NCBI GenBank assembly: GCA_964529705.1
Contig: CAZHAG010000003.1
Span: forward strand, 1-60,805
Reading direction: 5' to 3'
Length of the DNA: 60,805 nucleotides
Source of the DNA: an uncultured Gemmatimonas sp.
GTDB taxonomy: Bacteria > Gemmatimonadota > Gemmatimonadetes > Gemmatimonadales > Gemmatimonadaceae
The translations under genes were made by a program, and so were the position numbers. The notes beneath the pieces were generated by a model, which was not told the origin of the DNA, made no database searches, and saw only the letters and a list, made by a program, of their open reading frames with translations. Positions 39,145 to 48,176 of this stretch are shown in pieces; the stretch's first letter is position 1; each line of letters begins with the position of its first letter.

Positions 39145-39974
39145 CGGGCACTCCCGAGCCAGGTGCGGGCGACGCCGACGCAGCGCTCCAGCGTCCGTCG
39201 CGCGAAGCCGAGCGGCACGTCCGCGGGTGCCGCGACGAGCGCCATCGCGTCGTCCACCGGCGCCATCGCCACCGTCGCGGCCTCGGTCTCGATCACCAGG
39301 CGCGTCCAGGCGCCGAAGCCGAAGTGCCGCATCGCGCGGTCGGCCTCGTCGCTCACCCCCGTGAGGTGCGCCCCGATCTCCGGGCCGAGGTCCCGTCCGT
39401 CCGCGGTGCGATACTCCCCGGCCGCGATCAGGCCCTCGGCGTCCAGCAGGAGCGCCACCTGGCGCGAGTCCTCGAGGATCGGGTCGAAGAGCGCGGCCGC
39501 CGATTCGCCCGCGACCTCCGCCGGCACGATCGCCGACTTCCGGGGGCTGGGAGCGTTCGAGTCACGCGCCTCGACCACGCCCCGCACGGCGTCGAGCGCG
39601 CTCCGCACCACCTCGTCCGCCGGGTCGTCGGTGGCCGCCTGCGTCAGGTGGGAGAGCGCCTCGTCGAGCCGGCCCTGCCGATAGCGCACGAGCCCGAGGC
39701 CCCGGTGCGCGGTGCCGAAGCGCGGCTCGAGCGCGAGCACCGACTCCCACGCGCTCTCGGCGCGGGCCTCGTCCCCCTGGGCGAGCGCGATCCGCGCCAC
39801 GAGGTCGTGCGCCTCGGTGCGCCCGGCGTGCCGCACCGCCCCGCGCTGCGCGACGCGGGCCGCGTGCTCCAGGTCGCCCCGGCTCAGGAGCGCCTCCGCG
39901 AGGGGGAGGAAGGCGAGGCTCTGCGGGTCCGCCGCCAGCTGCTCGCTGAGGGCGCGGATGTCGTCAGCCGACAT
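39141..39974 (-). CDS. TPR-roadblock fusion protein
   Basis: N-terminal TPRs (ALEPRFGTAHRGLG); C-terminal ALLLDAEGLI...PLGFARRTL roadblock. Confidence 0.75.
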   Translation of the reverse strand: MSADDIRALSEQLAADPQSLAFLPLAEALLSRGDLEHAARVAQRGAVRHAGRTEAHDLVARIALAQGDEARAESAWESVLALEPRFGTAHRGLGLVRYRQGRLDEALSHLTQAATDDPADEVVRSALDAVRGVVEARDSNAPSPRKSAIVPAEVAGESAAALFDPILEDSRQVALLLDAEGLIAAGEYRTADGRDLGPEIGAHLTGVSDEADRAMRHFGFGAWTRLVIETEAATVAMAPVDDAMALVAAPADVPLGFARRTLERCVGVARTWLGSAR

Positions 39975-40944
39975 CGGGAGCCTCCCGTTCGAGCACGTCG
40001 CACAGGATGGTGGCCGCGTCGACGCCCTGCGCGATGGCGGCGTGTCCCGGGTAGCCGGGCGCGGCGGAGACGAACGCGCTCCACACCGCGATCCCCTCGC
40101 GGAGGTCGCCGCGGCGGAAGGCCGCGGCGCCGCGCCGCACCGGCTCCGCCGTCTGATCGATCGGCGTCAGCCGCTCGGCCGGGAGCGGGTCGCGCGGCAG
40201 GGGCGCCACGCGCGACGCGCGCTCCGGCTGCCGCAGCCGGATCACCCCGGTGGTCACCATGCCGTACACGATGCGCGCGACGTCGAACTCGCTCATCGCG
40301 AGCGTCGCCGACATCTCGCGCAGGTCGCGCTCGCCGTCGATGAGCGCGAGCACCTGCCACTCCTGCGGCAGGAGGTCGAGCATCGGCGGGTGGTCCTCGT
40401 CCGGAGGGGTGAGATAGGGGATCACCGAGAGGTTCGGCACGCGGTCGGCGATCCGTGACCACTCGTCGATCCGGCGCGCACCCTCCATCAGCAGCGACTC
40501 GGTCGAGATGGGCACGCCCGCGTCCGGCAGCTCCTCCTCGTCCAACCCCTCCTCGAACCGGAAGAACCCCTCCCGCCAGGACATCAGCTCGAAGACGACG
40601 GCCTCGATCTGCAGCCGCATCTGCCGCTCGATCTCCTTCGTCGTCACGAGGCCGAGCGCGACCAGGATCTCCCCGAGCCGGCGCGTGTCCCCCTGCGCCT
40701 GCTCGCGCTGCGCGCGCGCCATGTCGACGTCGGAGAGGCGCCCGGAGCGCACGAGGAGGTCGCCGATCCGGTGCGGGTTGGAGCGGATGGCGGCGCTGAT
40801 GATCTTCCCGTTCTCGAAGAGCACCGTGCCGGCGTTGTCGCGCAGCTCCGAGAAGACGCGCAGCGTCCCCGTCTTCCGGCTCAGGTCGAGGAGCTGGAAG
40901 ACGTCGTGGATGCCGAGTTCGCGGAGCGGGCCCTCGATCGCCAT
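39964..40944 (-). CDS. DUF4388 + MshEN-like protein
   Basis: MAIEGPL...FQLL...KTG, WREGFFRFE and SLLMEGARRIDEW; RIG/RLG tandem motifs; paralog of 34168-35787. Confidence 0.85.
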   Translation of the reverse strand: MAIEGPLRELGIHDVFQLLDLSRKTGTLRVFSELRDNAGTVLFENGKIISAAIRSNPHRIGDLLVRSGRLSDVDMARAQREQAQGDTRRLGEILVALGLVTTKEIERQMRLQIEAVVFELMSWREGFFRFEEGLDEEELPDAGVPISTESLLMEGARRIDEWSRIADRVPNLSVIPYLTPPDEDHPPMLDLLPQEWQVLALIDGERDLREMSATLAMSEFDVARIVYGMVTTGVIRLRQPERASRVAPLPRDPLPAERLTPIDQTAEPVRRGAAAFRRGDLREGIAVWSAFVSAAPGYPGHAAIAQGVDAATILCDVLEREAPDVG

Positions 40945-43667
40945 CAGCCCTCCCGCCCTTCGGCGCTGTCGGGCTCGGTCCCCTCGAGCCGGTGCTGCAC
41001 CTTGCGCGACTCGCGGAACGCCCGGCGCGCGTACTCGCTCTGCGGCTCGAGCAGCGCGACGCGGCGCCAGCAGGCCAGCGCCTCGCGGAAGCGCTCTTGC
41101 GCCGCCAGCACCACGCCCTGGAAGAAGATCGCGCCCACGTGTGTCTCGTCGAAGCGCAGCACGCGCTGGAAAGCGATGGCCGCGTCCTGCGTCCGCCCGA
41201 CCTCGTGCAGCAGCTCGCCGAGCGCGATCAGCGCATCGAAGTGGTAGGGGTCGCGCTCGAGGAACTCGATCAGCATGCTGAGCGCCTCGCGCGTCCGGCG
41301 CGTGCTGCGGAGCACGCCGGCGAGCGCGAGGGTCGCGTCCGCGTATGTGGGCACCGACTCGAGCGCGGCGCGGAGCTCGCGCTCCGCCTCGTCGAACTCC
41401 CCGCGCTGGGTGAGGAGCTTGGCGAGGTCGTAGCGGACGGCGGCGAAGTCGGCGTCGAGCGTGAGCGCGTGCCGGTAGGCCGCGACCGCGGCGTCCACGT
41501 TCCCCAGCGCGCGCGTGATGTTGCCGATCCCGCGCAGCACGTCCGCGCGCTGCGGCGAGACGCGCCGCGCATGGTCGAGCGCCCGCAGCGCCCCGTCGGA
41601 GTCTCCGCGCTCGAAGCGCGCGGTCGCGACCAGCAGCAGCGCGTCGGGATCGTCCGGCGAGCAGGCGATCAGCTCCTCGGCGACCACACCCGCCTCGGCG
41701 CCGCGTCCGAGCATCAGCAAGCTCTGCGTCTGGCCGCGGAGGGCATCCGGATGGTCCGCCTCCCGCTCGCGCGCCGCCTCGAACCGCTCCAGCGCGTCCC
41801 CCCACGCCCCCTGCCGGCCGAGCGCCTCGCCCAGCAGGATGTTCCCCGTGGCCGCGTCGCCGCCGCGCGCGAGCACGCGCCGCGTCTCCGCCATCGCACG
41901 GTCGGTGAGTCCCTTCGAGAGGTAGTCGAGCGCCAGGCGGTAGGGGTCGCTCTCGAGCGGCTCCGCCGCCGCCGCGTCCACGGGCGCGAGCTCGGTGAAG
42001 AGCGAGTCGAGCAGGGTCGGGTCGAACGTGAAGGTGTCCACGTCCGTCGTCATCCGGTGCTCCCCGCCGAGCTCGGGGACCACCGAGAGGTCGGGATCCT
42101 CGAACTCGAGGTCGATCGCGAGCGCGAACTTCTGCCCCACGTAGTACGGGTCGAGCTCGAGCGCGAGCTTGGTCTCGCGGAGCGCCCCGTCGAAGTCGCC
42201 GAGGTTCGACAGGGTGAAGCTCAGGTTGTAGTGCGCCTCCGCGAACTCGGGCTTGGCCTGGATGGCGCGGGCGAACGCCGTGCGCGCCTCCTCGAACTTG
42301 CGGAGCTCCGCGAGCACCATCCCGATGCCGTTCCACGCGACCGCCTGCTCCGGCGCGGAGTCGAGCACCTGGCGGTACGCCTCGAGGGCGAGCTGGAAGC
42401 GCCGGCCGCGCGTGAGGAGGAGCGCGAGGTTGAGCCGCGCCTTCACGAGGTGCGGGTCGGAGCGCAGCGCGTCGCGGAAGGCGTCCACCGCCTCGTCCGG
42501 CGCACCGCCGTGGAAGAGCGCGACGCCGAGGTTGTTCCGTGCCAGCGCATACCCCGGGTCCACCTCGAGCGCGCGGACGTAGCTCTCGGCCGCTTCCTCG
42601 TGCCGCCCCGCCTGGTGCAGCGCCACCCCACGCTCGTTCCAGAGCTTGGGGCTCTCGTCCTGCTCCGCGATCAGCGACTCGTAGAGCTCGATCGCCGGCA
42701 GCGGCTCCTTCTGGATGAGGTGCAGCTCGGCCATCGCCTGCACCACCAGCGCCCGGTCCTCCCCCTTCTCGAGGGCGATCTGGTACGCGCGCATCGCCTC
42801 GGCCACGAAGCCCTGCTTCCGGTACGCCAGCCCGAGCGTGTAGTTGGCGAGCGGCTCCCCCTCCGCGATCGCCATCTGCGCCTGCGAGCGCCGCGACTGG
42901 CGGCCCGGGAGGAGCGCCTCGTACTTCCGCGGGTCGTACTGGTCGAGCGAGAGGTTGGCCTGCGCGCGCGAGAGCGACGGGTTGAGCCGCACCGCCCGCT
43001 TGGACGCCGCCTGCGCCTCCTCGTGCTGCCCCATGTCGCCGAGGACGAACGAGAGCAGGAAGTGCGCGTCCGGGTTCTCCGGGTTGTGCTGGATCGAGCG
43101 GCGGAGCGAGGTGAGCGCCTCGTCGAAGGCGCCCTGGTTATAGAGCACCTCCCCCAGGTAGAAGTGGAGGAGCGAGCTCTCGGGGTCGAGGAGGAGCGCC
43201 TCGCGGAACCACTGCAGCGCGTCGCCCAGCCGCCCGCTGGCCTTCTCCGAGAGTCCGAGCTGGATGCGGGCCGCGACATCGCGCGGCCGGAGGGCGAGGA
43301 TCGCACGGAACTCGGGGATCGCGTCCTCGTGCTGGCCCAGCAGCGCGAAGGCGCGCCCGAGCTCCCAGCGCGCGTCGCGGTCGTCCGGGCGCACCCGGAG
43401 GCGGTCGCGCAGCTCGGAGACCCGGAGGTCGTAGTACCCCGTGTTGAAGTAGGCCACCTCCAGGTTGCGCTGTGCCACCTGCATCTTCGGGTCGAGCTCG
43501 AGCGCTTGCGTGAAGGCGGCCACCGCCTCCTGGTAGAGTCCCTTGTTGAAGTAGAGGACCCCGAGGTTGTTGTGCGCCCCCGCGTCGGATGGATCGATGC
43601 GGCGCGCGAAGCCCCGCAGGACCTCGCGGTCCCGCTCCGAGATCCGGGTGGCGGTCGGGGCGGTCAC
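40944..43667 (-). CDS. Large cytoplasmic TPR protein (907 aa)
   Basis: Many canonical TPRs (AHNNLG...ALELDP, etc.). GTG overlaps the cheC stop; no signal peptide. Confidence 0.9.
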   Translation of the reverse strand: MTAPTATRISERDREVLRGFARRIDPSDAGAHNNLGVLYFNKGLYQEAVAAFTQALELDPKMQVAQRNLEVAYFNTGYYDLRVSELRDRLRVRPDDRDARWELGRAFALLGQHEDAIPEFRAILALRPRDVAARIQLGLSEKASGRLGDALQWFREALLLDPESSLLHFYLGEVLYNQGAFDEALTSLRRSIQHNPENPDAHFLLSFVLGDMGQHEEAQAASKRAVRLNPSLSRAQANLSLDQYDPRKYEALLPGRQSRRSQAQMAIAEGEPLANYTLGLAYRKQGFVAEAMRAYQIALEKGEDRALVVQAMAELHLIQKEPLPAIELYESLIAEQDESPKLWNERGVALHQAGRHEEAAESYVRALEVDPGYALARNNLGVALFHGGAPDEAVDAFRDALRSDPHLVKARLNLALLLTRGRRFQLALEAYRQVLDSAPEQAVAWNGIGMVLAELRKFEEARTAFARAIQAKPEFAEAHYNLSFTLSNLGDFDGALRETKLALELDPYYVGQKFALAIDLEFEDPDLSVVPELGGEHRMTTDVDTFTFDPTLLDSLFTELAPVDAAAAEPLESDPYRLALDYLSKGLTDRAMAETRRVLARGGDAATGNILLGEALGRQGAWGDALERFEAAREREADHPDALRGQTQSLLMLGRGAEAGVVAEELIACSPDDPDALLLVATARFERGDSDGALRALDHARRVSPQRADVLRGIGNITRALGNVDAAVAAYRHALTLDADFAAVRYDLAKLLTQRGEFDEAERELRAALESVPTYADATLALAGVLRSTRRTREALSMLIEFLERDPYHFDALIALGELLHEVGRTQDAAIAFQRVLRFDETHVGAIFFQGVVLAAQERFREALACWRRVALLEPQSEYARRAFRESRKVQHRLEGTEPDSAEGREG

Positions 43668-44296
43668 GCGACGTTGACGGCCTTCAGGATGGCCCGCAGG
43701 CTCGGCGGGTCGGGGAGGAGGAGGAAGAATCCGCGCAGGCGCTCGGACGCCTCCTGCAGGTGGAACTCGCTCTCCACGCACACCACGTAGGCCGCACCCT
43801 GCGAGCTCGCGACGTAGGTGGACGTGAAGATCGCGTCGCTCATGTCGATCGCCAGACTGGGCGGCGACGGGAGGAGCGTCATCTGCATGAAGTCCGCGAG
43901 CGCGTTGAGGTACGCCGCGCTCAGGATGTTCCCGGCCTCCTTGATCGCCGACTCCTCGATCGGCCCCATCGACGTCACCGGCCGCCGCATCATGAGCGAC
44001 GCCACGCGGAGCGCGATCGGCTGCGGGAAGACGAGCAGCGTGAGCCCCGTGAGGTCCCCCTCCATGCGCATGAGCACGGCGGCCACGGGTTCCTCGGGCG
44101 CCGAGATCTGGTTCGGCACCGCGTCCAGGGCGGCGATCGTGAGCTCGGGCACCGAGATCATGATCTGCTGCTCGGTCATCTGCGAGAGCGCCGTCGCGGC
44201 GTGGCCCGCGCCGATGTTCGCCACCTCGCGCAGCGCGTCGAGCTGCGCGGCGTTGAGCGACCGCAGGTCGTCGGGAGGGTACGCGGCGCCGCTCAC
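43664..44296 (-). CDS. cheC: CheY-P phosphatase CheC
   Basis: Two ExxN motifs: REVANIGAGHAA and KEAGNIL. Confidence 0.93.
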   Translation of the reverse strand: MSGAAYPPDDLRSLNAAQLDALREVANIGAGHAATALSQMTEQQIMISVPELTIAALDAVPNQISAPEEPVAAVLMRMEGDLTGLTLLVFPQPIALRVASLMMRRPVTSMGPIEESAIKEAGNILSAAYLNALADFMQMTLLPSPPSLAIDMSDAIFTSTYVASSQGAAYVVCVESEFHLQEASERLRGFFLLLPDPPSLRAILKAVNVA

Positions 44297-46302
44297 AGGA
44301 GGCTCCCCACGTCCACGATGAGTGCCGGCGCGCCGTCCGCCAGGATGGTCGCCCCGCTGAAGAGCGTCGCGCCGTCCCGCACCGCGTCGAACGACTTGAC
44401 CACGATATCCTCCTGTCCCGTGAGCTCATCGACCACCAGACCGGCGCGGCGGTCGCCGCGCTCGATCACCACGATCTCCTCCGCCGGGGCCGCCGCGGTG
44501 GCCGGGAGCTGCACCACCTCCCGCAGCCGCAGCATCGGCAGCACCTCGTCCCGCAGCACCAGCACGTCCCGCCCCTGCACCTGCCGGATCTCCGCCGGCC
44601 CGTGCGCCATCGTCTCCCGCACATGGGCGAGCGGGAGGGCATAGTGCTCGTTCCCCACCCGCGCGAGGAGCGCCCGCACGATCGCGAGCGTCACGGGGAG
44701 CCGGATGGTGACCGTGGTCCCCTCCCCCGGCACCGTGCTCACCTCGAAGGTGCCGCCCAGCGCGCGCGTGCGCGCCTGCACCGCGTCGATCCCCACGCCG
44801 CGACCCGACACCCCCGTCACCGACTCCGCGGTGGAGAACCCGGGGTGCGAGATGCAGCGCAGCATCGCGTCGTCGTCGAGCACCACGGTACCCGGCGGCA
44901 CCATGCCGAGCGCGAGGGCGCGCTTGAGCACCCGGTCGCGGTCGATCCCGCGGCCGTCGTCGCGCACGCTGATCACCACGGCCGCACGGTCGCGCTGGGC
45001 CGCGAGGATGAGCCGGCCCGCCCGCGGCTTCCCCGCCGCCTCCCGCACCTCGGGGAGCTCGAGCCCGTGGTCCACCGCGTTCCGCAGGCAGTGGACCACC
45101 GGCTCGCCGATCTCGTCCAGCACGGAGCGGTCGAGCTCGATCTCCTTCCCCTCGATCGAGAAGAGCACGTCCTTCCCCAGCGCGCGCGCGGTGTCGCGCA
45201 CGAGGCGCGGGAAGCGGTCGAACACCTGCCCCACCGGGACGAGCCGGCTCGTCATGATCTCCGTCTGCAGGTCGCCGATGAGCCGTGCCGCGTCGGCGAC
45301 GGCCTCGTGGAGCGCCGGCACGGGCACCCCCCGGGCCTCCCGCTGGAGCCGGCCGCGCACGATCACGAGCTCGCCGATCAGGTTGAGCAGCGCATCCAGC
45401 CGCGAGAGCTCGATCCGCACGTGCCGGGCCCGCGGGGCCTCGCGACGCTCCACCGGCTGGCCGAACTCGTCCACCTCGCGCGGCAGGTCCGTCGCACGGC
45501 GGCCCGAGGTCGTCCGGCGCTCCTCGGTGCCTCCGGCGCCTGCGGCGCCCGCGAGAGCGGGACGCGGCTCGCGCCGCTCGATCGAGACGCTGTCCACGTC
45601 GCCGGCGCTGCGCACGGCGCGCTCGATCTCCGCGTCACCCGCCGAGGTCTCGAGCCGCAGGCGGAAGATCTGCGGCGTGGTCGCCGCCTGGAGCTGCTCG
45701 ACGGCCGGCGAGACGGCGAGCACCTCGCCGAGCTCGCGCAGGCGCTGCACCGCCATGAACGCGCGCACGCCGGGGAGGAGCGCCGCGGCCGACTGCACCA
45801 CCTGCACGTGCGTGCCCGGTCCCTCGAGCGCCGCCTGCAGCGCCACCGCGGCGGCCGCGGCCATTTCCGCGGCGCTTGGCGCGGCGTCCGAGGGGCGCTG
45901 CACGCGGAACTCCGCCGTGGAGCGTCCCCCCGCCACGTCGTGCAACCGTTCGAGCGCGCGGCGCATCGCGGGGGAGAGCGCCGCGGACTCGCTGGCCGCG
46001 TCGACCCCCGCCTCGAGCGCATCGGCCGCCGCGAAGAGCGCGTCCATCAGGTCGGGGGTGAGCCCCTGATCCCCCGAGCGCACCTTGTCGAGCAACGACT
46101 CGAGCTCGTGCGAGAACTCGGCGACGGCCGCGTACCCCATCGTCGCGCTCATCCCCTTGATCGTGTGCACGCCGCGGAAGATCGCGTCCACCGGCTCGCG
46201 CGACGTCTCGCCCTGCTCCAGCGCGAGCAGGGCGGCGTTGATCGCCGAGAGCTGGTCACGGCTCTCGGTGCGAAAGAGGTCGGCGTAGCGGGACGGATCC
46301 AC
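44293..46302 (-). CDS. cheA: Histidine kinase CheA (P1-P5)
   Basis: FRGVHTIKGMS HPt; HCLRNAVDHG, DDGRGI, GFST and SGRGVG; C-terminal CheW domain. Confidence 0.97.
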   Translation of the reverse strand: MDPSRYADLFRTESRDQLSAINAALLALEQGETSREPVDAIFRGVHTIKGMSATMGYAAVAEFSHELESLLDKVRSGDQGLTPDLMDALFAAADALEAGVDAASESAALSPAMRRALERLHDVAGGRSTAEFRVQRPSDAAPSAAEMAAAAAVALQAALEGPGTHVQVVQSAAALLPGVRAFMAVQRLRELGEVLAVSPAVEQLQAATTPQIFRLRLETSAGDAEIERAVRSAGDVDSVSIERREPRPALAGAAGAGGTEERRTTSGRRATDLPREVDEFGQPVERREAPRARHVRIELSRLDALLNLIGELVIVRGRLQREARGVPVPALHEAVADAARLIGDLQTEIMTSRLVPVGQVFDRFPRLVRDTARALGKDVLFSIEGKEIELDRSVLDEIGEPVVHCLRNAVDHGLELPEVREAAGKPRAGRLILAAQRDRAAVVISVRDDGRGIDRDRVLKRALALGMVPPGTVVLDDDAMLRCISHPGFSTAESVTGVSGRGVGIDAVQARTRALGGTFEVSTVPGEGTTVTIRLPVTLAIVRALLARVGNEHYALPLAHVRETMAHGPAEIRQVQGRDVLVLRDEVLPMLRLREVVQLPATAAAPAEEIVVIERGDRRAGLVVDELTGQEDIVVKSFDAVRDGATLFSGATILADGAPALIVDVGSLL

Positions 46303-46347
46303 GCGGAGGGGGGTTCGGGTGGCCGGCGGGCCGCGGCGCGGCGCGGG

Positions 46348-46710
46348 CTAGCCGAGGACCCGCTGCACCGCCTCCAGCACCCGGCTGGGCTGGAACGGCT
46401 TCACGACGAAGTCCTTCGCCCCTGCCTGGATCGCCTCGACCACCAGCGACTGCTGCCCCATCGCGCTGCACATCAGCACGCGGGCGTTGGGATCGAACTT
46501 CGTGATCTCCCGGACCGCGTCGATGCCCCCCATGTCCGGCATCACGATGTCCATCGTCACCAGGTCGGGGCGCAGCGCCTTGTAGCGCTCGACCGCCTGC
46601 GTGCCGGTCTCCGCCTCACCCACGATCTCGAACCCTGCCTGTTGCAGGATGTCGCCGACCATCGTGCGCATGAAGATGGCGTCATCACAGATCAGTACCG
46701 TCGGAGCCAC
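46348..46710 (-). CDS. cheY: Response regulator CheY (Bacillus/Thermotoga-like)
   Basis: DDAIFMR, MDIVMP, CSAMGQQ and KPF motifs. Confidence 0.95.
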   Translation of the reverse strand: MAPTVLICDDAIFMRTMVGDILQQAGFEIVGEAETGTQAVERYKALRPDLVTMDIVMPDMGGIDAVREITKFDPNARVLMCSAMGQQSLVVEAIQAGAKDFVVKPFQPSRVLEAVQRVLG

Positions 46711-46744
46711 GCGTTCCCCCGTCCTGGAAGTAGGTCTCGTTCCG

Positions 46745-47194
46745 TCACACCGTCGCCAGCACCGACCGGCAGAGCGCTCCCGCGTCGACCAGCGCCGCGG
46801 GCCCCGCCGCCATCCGGACCATCCCCATCACGAGTCCATCCGCCGCGCGCGCGCCGTCCACCGGCTCGAGCGGCGCCTGCTCGGCGGTCGCCACCGAGAG
46901 CACCGCGTCCACGCGGACCCCGAGCGCACGACCCTCGGACTCGATCACCACGACCGTCCCGGCCCCCCCGCTCGGCAGGCCGAACCGGACCCCGAGGTCC
47001 GTCACGGTGAGCACGGCGCCACGCAGGTTCAGCAACCCGAGCACCCATGCCGGCGACCCCGGCAGCCGCGTCACGTTCCGCGCCGGGAGGATCTCCCTGA
47101 CCTGCGCCAACTCCCACGCGAACCGCTGCCCGCCCACCTCCACCAGGAGGTACCGCGGCGCCACCGATTCAGTCGTCGGCTCTATAGAAGCCAA
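46745..47194 (-). CDS. cheW: CheW adaptor (start uncertain, 47194 or 47164)
   Basis: VTRLPGSPAWVLGLLNLRG and LGVRVDAV motifs. Confidence 0.85.
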   Translation of the reverse strand: MASIEPTTESVAPRYLLVEVGGQRFAWELAQVREILPARNVTRLPGSPAWVLGLLNLRGAVLTVTDLGVRFGLPSGGAGTVVVIESEGRALGVRVDAVLSVATAEQAPLEPVDGARAADGLVMGMVRMAAGPAALVDAGALCRSVLATV

Positions 47195-48176
47195 GGTACT
47201 CCAGCGGATCGGGGTGGGCAAACCACGTCGGCTCTCCCGCCACCGTGGCGAGCGCGTGCCTGAGCTCGGCCGGCAGCGGGGAACGAAGATCCATCTCCGC
47301 TCCCGACACCGGGTGTTTAAAGACGAGCCAGGCGGCATGAAGGAAATGCCGCTTCGGTGGCAGCCCGACCAGCCGTCGGCCGCCCCCTCCCCCATAAGTG
47401 TCGTCCCCGACCACCGGATGCCCGATCGCGCTCAGGTGCACGCGGATCTGGTGCGTGCGCCCCGTGTGCAGCCGCGCGCGCAGCAGGTCGGCCGAATCGA
47501 AGCGCGCGAGGCGCTGGAAGTCCGTCCGCGCTGCGCGCCCGTCCGCGCGCACGGCCATGCGGGTCCGGTCGTTCGCCGCGCGCCCCAGCGGTCGGTCCAC
47601 GGTGACGCGGTCCGCGTCCAGGTGGCCCCAGGCGAGGCAGGCGTAGCGTCGCGTGATCCGGCGCGCGGCGAGCGCCGCGCTCAGTGTCCGGTGCGCGCGG
47701 TCGGTCTTGGCGACCAGAAGGAGCCCGGAGGTCTCCTTGTCGAGGCGGTGCACGAGCCCCGCCCGTTCGGGCGCGGTGCCCGGGGCGAGCCCCTGCCCCC
47801 TCCCCATCAGCGCGTTGACCAGCGTCCCCGACCAGTTCCCCGGGGCCGGGTGCACCACCATCCCGGCCGGCTTGTCCACCGCGACGAGTTCGTCATCCTC
47901 GTAGACGACCCGGATCGGGATCCGCTCCGGGAGCACCTCCCGCCCGGGTGGCTCGGGGATCTCGACCGCGATCGTCGCCCCAGCCTCCACGCGCCAGCTC
48001 GCGCGCTCCGCGCGCCCATCCACTTGCACGCGCCCCGTGGCGATCAGCGTCGCCGCCTGGGTGCGCGAGAGCGCGGTGAGCCGAGCGACCGCGAGGTCGA
48101 GCCGTTCCCCAGCCAGCGCGTCCGCGGGGAACGTGTATGCGCCGGGCGCCAGCGGCTCCGACGGCGGGCCGCTCAC
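47169..48176 (-). CDS. rluD: RluA/RluD pseudouridine synthase
   Basis: S4 domain; DKPAGMVVHP, VHRLDKETSG and GRTHQIR motifs. Confidence 0.93.
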   Translation of the reverse strand: MSGPPSEPLAPGAYTFPADALAGERLDLAVARLTALSRTQAATLIATGRVQVDGRAERASWRVEAGATIAVEIPEPPGREVLPERIPIRVVYEDDELVAVDKPAGMVVHPAPGNWSGTLVNALMGRGQGLAPGTAPERAGLVHRLDKETSGLLLVAKTDRAHRTLSAALAARRITRRYACLAWGHLDADRVTVDRPLGRAANDRTRMAVRADGRAARTDFQRLARFDSADLLRARLHTGRTHQIRVHLSAIGHPVVGDDTYGGGGGRRLVGLPPKRHFLHAAWLVFKHPVSGAEMDLRSPLPAELRHALATVAGEPTWFAHPDPLEYLGFYRADD

